Source: Candidatus Magasanikbacteria bacterium RIFCSPHIGHO2_01_FULL_41_23
GTDB lineage: Bacteria; Patescibacteriota; Patescibacteriia; Magasanikbacterales; UBA922
Reading direction: 5' to 3'
Assembly: GCA_001782805.1 (NCBI GenBank)
Contig: MFPT01000004.1
Coordinates: 1 to 39,089 of the forward strand
Length of the DNA: 39,089 nucleotides
Below the pieces are notes generated by a model that was not told the origin of the DNA, did not search any database, and was given only the letters and a program-made list of their open reading frames with translations. How positions within the stretch are numbered: position 1 is the stretch's first letter; each line of letters starts with the position of its first letter. Of the stretch, positions 35,401-39,089 are shown piece after piece. A program made the position numbers and the translations under genes.

Positions 35401-38326
35401 TGCGCAAAATACTTTCGGTCTTGCGCAATGGATGACAGGCCGGAGAAACAACAATGGTTTTACTAAGCAAACGATAGAACACTTTACCTGATTCATCATA
35501 AAGAGCGCGACAATCGGGTTTTGGCGCTCCTTGGACATAGGCATTTTTGAGCGCGGCTTCGTAACTGGTTTTATTACAATCAAGATAATTGGCAATAATA
35601 ACACTCTGACTATCGTCAACATAGGCGGGTGAGCCGGCACTAAATTCGGCTTTTATACCGGTATACGATGGAACAGTATCAATGCCGGTCAAATAAACCA
35701 AATAGTTGGTGTTGTAACGATCAGTCTTATCACTGCTTATCGGACGTAATTTATAATTTTGGATAACATAGCCGAGACTGGCTGAACCTTCCCATGAATA
35801 AAACGTTTTTTCATTGGTGCCGGTTGGCTTTTCGCAATATTCCAAATCAGAATAATACTCCAATTTTTCCCCACCGGCTCCGGCTTCATCTACATTGGTA
35901 AACTCAGCACATCCTTCATACTGTGACAGACAACTTTTTGCCTGACTGGGTATAAACTGCAAAGGGAAAACAGCCGGTTCAAACGCGCCTTTGTCCACGG
36001 GAATTTCTTGTTTAAACGTGTCATATCCAATACATTGAGCCGAACATTGATTGGCGCCCACAATACCGGTTATTGTGTCTGCATCATTGTCGGTAACCGG
36101 TTTATACGCTTCACATCCGGCTTCATCTTTGGTACAAGCCGGAGCAAATGGTTTACACAGACCAGTGTCTTTATTATTTATTGGACGCTTAAGCAGTTCG
36201 GCAATGTCACCATCATTATCCGGCCAAACTTTTTTATTGGAAATATGATTGGTTATTAAATAACAACTGTCAAATAAAGTGTTCGGAGCTTTTTTAAGAT
36301 AGGCTAGACGATCTTGGCCGCTAACTGGTACGGCTCGGGATAAAACACTGCAACCATCAGCCGAAGCCGGACACGTATAATTTTTTATTGAGTCATTAAA
36401 ATAAATCGCCGGATTCTTGCCTGTACTTATTTCATTGGTTTTATTCACTGACTGACCGGTATTGCGCCATGTTCCGTCGGATTTTGGTTCAGTGCTATAG
36501 ACTCTGCAACCAACTGATTGAGCATTGCATTGGCCAAACTCTACAGTCCGAGACAAATAAGACACGCGCGAATTATTTGCCGTGTTAGTATAAGTGGTGC
36601 AAGTGTTGTACTGTGCGGGACAGATTGATCCGCCAAAACGCCAAGTATTTTTTTCGCGCAAACAATAGCCGTAATCACCTAAACATTGGCCTTTTTCATC
36701 TTCTTTAAGACAAGTGGAAATTCCCACACATTCTTCCCGACGAGCCGGATTGCCACTGGCCAATAATTTGGGACCAAACACTTTGGCATCACAGCGCGGT
36801 TCGGGCAAACGAAGAATCCAGTCCGGATCAATCAAATGACAAAACGGATGCTCCAGACTTGGTTGACCGTTCGGATCACAATCATAAAATCCGGCCACTA
36901 CTTTGCCCAATGTCCAATTTTGCAATTGATCCGGATCAGCTTTGGCCGCGGCAATTTCAAAACCGAGCGGAACAATACGAGCACGCCGTAATTTTTGGAT
37001 ATTGGAATAACAATAATAATTATCATTGTAACATTTGCGCGGATTGGTATTATATTCATGACTCGGAGGAACTAAAGCCCAGTCAGGATGTAACAAAAAA
37101 TTATTTTTGGCATCCATGGCCTCGCGGATTGTCAAAGCCTTGCCGGTATTTGCCCGTTTAATCGCATCTCTAAACCCGGGATCAAGCACACAATTATTTA
37201 AACCGGGGTTATCCGGATTTAGACAATCACTCATTTCTTCCAGCAATGGATACGTGGTTAATTGTTGAGTGGGAATGGCAGTAAACAAAAAATTAAAGGC
37301 ATTCTGCGCCGCGGCTTTGTTATTATTAATCACGCCAGCATATTCACTAAAAGCCGAAGACACTGCGCTTTCTGTGGCCGCGCCACCACCGGACGAAGAA
37401 TCAGGCAATATACCTTCGGTCATAATGGTTTGCATGACTTGGGAAACTAGCGTATTCACAAATACTCCGGCGGCCGCGGGAATTACTTGCCACAGACCTG
37501 CTCCATAAATACCCGCGATTTGTTGTGAAGAAAGATCTGCTTGATTTTTACCGGTCAAAGCTTTGGTTTCTTCGCGAATCACATCGGCCGGAGTTTTGAT
37601 ATTGCCGGAAATCAAATCAGTGACTGCTTTGTATCCACCACCTTCTTCGCGCGAAGTTTTGGCTCCTGTTTTGGCATTTGCATTTATTCTGTCGACTTTG
37701 CTAATAAGGCCAAACGCCACACCAAAATCCGATTGATCTACTTTTAAAGATCGCACAAAAGCCTGTGACGCAAAATCACCGGCCTTTTCATCAAAATTTT
37801 CAAAACCTTTTTCCCAACTGGTTTTAAAATCGTTCCAACTGCATTTTGGAGTTGGACCGCCGCCCGCTCCCGGATCAGCATACAATTTTCTAATTCCTAC
37901 TTGCAAAAATATCTGAAACTTTAAATCCGGAGGTTTACACAAATCAAGACCAAGCGGTGAGCCAAATTGTTCAATGGCAGAAGCCGCGCTATCAAGCGCC
38001 ACTTCGGAAAAATAAGCCGCAGCGCCTTTATTAAAAGCGAGTGCTCCTTGACCTTTTCCTCCGGACGCAATATACGTGGCTGTATCATAAGCCAATTTGC
38101 GCATAAAATAAGAAAAGCCGTTTACCAATGCGCCGAGAGATGCCGACAAAAGACCTTCGGTAATTGAATCACTAATATCCTTTTGAACCAATTTGGCCAC
38201 AACATCAGGCGCCCCAACGGCCAAGACTGCTTGTGGAATAAACACACCCAAAACTTGAACTGACAAAAAAAATGATACTGCCAGACTGATGGTTATTTTT
38301 TTGGTTTGTTTCCCAAGTTTATACAT
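29459..38326 (-). CDS. Giant (2955 aa) Cys-rich secreted/surface protein
   Basis: N-terminal signal and hydrophobic helices; many Cys modules (CxxxxDCxxxExC); a CBM4/9-like segment (YELEFWSRG...WQSY...YYLDNLRL); a C-terminal PKD-like INWGDG motif. Confidence 0.9.
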   Translation of the reverse strand: MYKLGKQTKKITISLAVSFFLSVQVLGVFIPQAVLAVGAPDVVAKLVQKDISDSITEGLLSASLGALVNGFSYFMRKLAYDTATYIASGGKGQGALAFNKGAAAYFSEVALDSAASAIEQFGSPLGLDLCKPPDLKFQIFLQVGIRKLYADPGAGGGPTPKCSWNDFKTSWEKGFENFDEKAGDFASQAFVRSLKVDQSDFGVAFGLISKVDRINANAKTGAKTSREEGGGYKAVTDLISGNIKTPADVIREETKALTGKNQADLSSQQIAGIYGAGLWQVIPAAAGVFVNTLVSQVMQTIMTEGILPDSSSGGGAATESAVSSAFSEYAGVINNNKAAAQNAFNFLFTAIPTQQLTTYPLLEEMSDCLNPDNPGLNNCVLDPGFRDAIKRANTGKALTIREAMDAKNNFLLHPDWALVPPSHEYNTNPRKCYNDNYYCYSNIQKLRRARIVPLGFEIAAAKADPDQLQNWTLGKVVAGFYDCDPNGQPSLEHPFCHLIDPDWILRLPEPRCDAKVFGPKLLASGNPARREECVGISTCLKEDEKGQCLGDYGYCLREKNTWRFGGSICPAQYNTCTTYTNTANNSRVSYLSRTVEFGQCNAQSVGCRVYSTEPKSDGTWRNTGQSVNKTNEISTGKNPAIYFNDSIKNYTCPASADGCSVLSRAVPVSGQDRLAYLKKAPNTLFDSCYLITNHISNKKVWPDNDGDIAELLKRPINNKDTGLCKPFAPACTKDEAGCEAYKPVTDNDADTITGIVGANQCSAQCIGYDTFKQEIPVDKGAFEPAVFPLQFIPSQAKSCLSQYEGCAEFTNVDEAGAGGEKLEYYSDLEYCEKPTGTNEKTFYSWEGSASLGYVIQNYKLRPISSDKTDRYNTNYLVYLTGIDTVPSYTGIKAEFSAGSPAYVDDSQSVIIANYLDCNKTSYEAALKNAYVQGAPKPDCRALYDESGKVFYRLLSKTIVVSPACHPLRKTESILRIDLALSQQNELMCEAKGGKWDDGAPALQKCQLCYNGGIYNNGVCIYWTTSQPGKNNSCVPEANNCRAYTGPAANTIQSISEQKFEPEDNSPTALTDLLAGWSSGLLVKPESLTVGQNSLEINIDQAEYTFVTSTLETDKFYELEFWSRGVQQNLEISFVEKGVTPSTDKIVGNFTYDPVTAQTVKVPISQTWQSYRVGPVQFTGDGTRKIVLRITRTAMSGVNGAYYLDNLRLTKVKEKLYLIKNSWKQVVALDNGTTVQADVPLTCDANPTDGLPGSALGCRAYTDSLNNPLAITGFDRLCREDAVGCTAFYDLQNTVNEHDTTAFNLWCTGTQNTKCTLKVGSNELGSCDVLFGETGCFIPKVALESAVYTALLTQVPSTIVKSTIIIPADTPTSSPIYLSYRQRYACDTSNVGCQKIALEDHIIPNSTATSAYKFTESYIKNNPENYEQILCAQEQLGCSAFKSDNNIDYFKDPTASGSAICSYKEKTKGFEYAGWFQEGVGKCSATDPAKSSSNNLCKETSDCESGESCTGVGAVPCYSNYLIAGGEYGIWSNKSAEYNGAVGRCAEQYNQCTELIDPLDYAQGKPLDYAQGKPLDSGKSYYVIFNQKLLQDAGQCEGKVNLKQGCALFNATNNPTLRYNAAETYKISDGVNAQGTDKYGPIDPITTGATDTNVLLKVNRDRSCSEWLGCKDKVRVTDQTGKQRTICAQYKACRATEVGSSCTNWSPLSTDDINRLTEEAYVGRDVSWYGEDYSGYSLFNKYRIGNTISVVFDGDAVAYLAFLFNPAVLGNNQIDIETYSCKSKNEWAKCGFNDFGGRCYEKKCIYPLYGSFPDTVNSTTTAAKYLEIGSCKAFPEKTSPFASSIIENLDEGKKYQAFAINQIDPKYTRLESQANLSGFERANYCQNGDCSCEYKKITYKNGVTDYRTANTTEYPQGICSDLVGDKAGQACNNDAECSSAGAAGAVTIPGVCSRVRDVETHTGLRGFCLERDFSRPINLATNEYACLTWLPTDTAATNFDQYNKFPGAGYYPAEDAVKLSVTGEKIGEFGKVYCTEASGNGLGVLNTNSFPNNFNPADDYPFNNLNSYTGAYKNISNPDDFKNRSYAVAQMWAWSGAELKPFPNITDNAYTIVGTDGSFTSGVYNETSFPKPGENGFMSPQDFDTQGKNKIPTKNFSVTNSSAVVLFTSGLSFNTYFTFLKERTVSVKSEPDIKGGQKFCEGPEQQDPETGQYYCPTVYKYQQSWSSCPQTTVEGQCTKLSISKYEKPSDFPESEISFFKTTTQYGKSYNITSDVTMYKDEIAKLKFGPILAPPNIMKNINTAQVMTIDFDKLNTTDPNFSGEYGPTTLKNIKYKYTYYINGFENKQSGLFVFKIMEISDGDHKDETIYGAIALSDEGTQLNKMHFGQEDLDLAKKPLDFFKRWMDELAGENTVNYQNSWTFVPTHSFVLIYCNFDKNGVKKYCSNQIDYADNYKWLETYFGWKSDVSFATPYFAEIVELKPRCTEFVQVYDENPTDSAVTRNKAWTNRVWKDVFSDSDYSSNNPNIPSINRNVDLPPFGSLNLSLTSLSSSGWENVLRHYIFDDPAVDGAFFSCTGDVLDQKLKGTAVSFEQILVVKSNYSFWDSYSCNKPENPNAKIYSQIGPENETFYYQGKIHLGNLFNKIFKEFNFNSKSGSVSWSDVTYALGIGDSSTNNISVLMAQPPQIYSLNINRCYSSDNTQKCIPAESNAFTINRHNGTINEDIDKDGLADPLINRGSLTAVADFFAFADHNRMPIKRVMINWGDGLITNQNQYGEYKNKKPFCLTDDTDPNPKVGECSVSKQVTCLVKEDCPLTSETCTINGHNFGNSTRACEANYFEYVHGYSCSQADADIDADYVYKFNELNNGQGTNIESKIWDALKKQGYTASANPFVCIFKPKIQILDNWGWCTGSCNGAGNTGCYTAVPKNTGGVNDLCDSTNPDSFIKYKGTIVVVP
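33601..33658. repeat. 24-nt tandem repeat of family-1 elements, in frame (PLDYAQGK x2 + PLD)
   Basis: AGTCGAGGGG-[CTTGCCCTGAGCGTAGTCGAGGGG]x2. Confidence 0.92.
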
Positions 38327-38329
38327 AGT

Positions 38330-38971
38330 TTAAGGAGACACGACACTGCCGGGATTAAGAAAAAGTTTCTCTGCCATTTTTTGTAACGTGACGTCATCAA
38401 TCTTTCCCAATGTGGCCGCGTCAATTTTCCCCGTACTCAATAATACCGTGCGCAATTGCGCGGGATTGGAAATTAATTCTTCCAGTTCAACCTTGGACTG
38501 ACTCGTGTCTTGCACAGAAAGTTTTTCCGTTATGCCCAGAACATTACTTGGGGTCAACGATTCATTAATAAGTGGCGAAGCAATTGTTGATGACGGAGTG
38601 ATGGGCATGGCATCGGCTAAAGAACAAACGTCTCCTTCGGCACAGAGCGGATCAGTGCCTTTTTCAATTTCCATTTTGTCATTGATCTCATCGGAATCAG
38701 TATCCGGCAAATACGGACTGGTTTCATATTGATTCAATTCATCGTAATCGCTTAGACCATCATGATCCGTATCAATATTTTTTAAGCGAGTTTCTTCGTT
38801 GGTACTAACTCCGACCAATGAATTTTTGGTCGCTTTGATCACAAACGGTCCATAAATGGTATTGCGCAATTGTAGACCACCCAAACCTATGGTTAGTATA
38901 GCAAAAATGAGCATGAAGATAAATCCTACTTTTTGCTCACGCGTGAACGACGATGCGGGCGAATGTTCCAT
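38330..38971 (-). CDS. Membrane-anchored protein with bacterial thrombospondin type-3-like Ca-binding repeats
   Basis: TM helix; DTDHDGLSDYDE...TSPYLPDTDSD...EIEKGTDPL; its stop codon lies 3 nt upstream of the giant gene's start. Confidence 0.8.
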   Translation of the reverse strand: MEHSPASSFTREQKVGFIFMLIFAILTIGLGGLQLRNTIYGPFVIKATKNSLVGVSTNEETRLKNIDTDHDGLSDYDELNQYETSPYLPDTDSDEINDKMEIEKGTDPLCAEGDVCSLADAMPITPSSTIASPLINESLTPSNVLGITEKLSVQDTSQSKVELEELISNPAQLRTVLLSTGKIDAATLGKIDDVTLQKMAEKLFLNPGSVVSP

Positions 38972-39066
38972 GGTATTGTTAATTATACGTTTAAAGAATT
39001 CAAAATAAAAATTCCTCTTTGCTAACTCGTAAGCAAACTTCGTGAGACCGTTTTTCTCGACCCTCG

Positions 39067-39089
39067 ACCCTTCGACAAGCTCAGGGTAA
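39067..39089. repeat. Family-1 palindromic element at the window end
   Basis: ACCC-TTCGACAAGCTCA-GGGT-AA, preceded by CTCGACC stutters. Confidence 0.8.

Overview
A 39-kb chromosomal stretch (code 11) that looks like a Patescibacteria/CPR (Parcubacteria-like) genome. That assignment is inferred from the giant Cys-rich surface protein, the shortened Rel and SMC, the stand-alone PEP-utiliser protein and the mostly SD-less host genes. The left half is a housekeeping backbone: hisS, lepB, tRNA-Ile/Val/Leu, khpA, rpsP, smc, a DHH phosphoesterase, rel, parAB, an S11 carboxypeptidase, scpAB and aspS, plus an NYN nuclease and a hicBA-like pair. The right half is a mosaic accessory region: a proline island (proA-proB-proC, a GC-rich proS, a SoxB/PdhB-like FAD oxidoreductase and a degenerate TauD-like gene), an MNT-HEPN toxin-antitoxin pair, GC-rich orphan genes and a 2955-aa surface protein. 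Four observations stand out. (1) An unannotated 17-codon leader peptide with Pro-Pro-Pro, plus antiterminator and terminator hairpins, lies in front of proABC and looks like a proline-sensing ribosome-mediated attenuator. (2) A promoter-driven structured small RNA converges on the NYN ribonuclease gene. (3) Two families of tiny palindromic elements nest, duplicate and insert in frame into proteins. (4) A decayed copy of the giant gene's 3' region records such insertions. All assignments come from reading motifs by eye; no searches were run.
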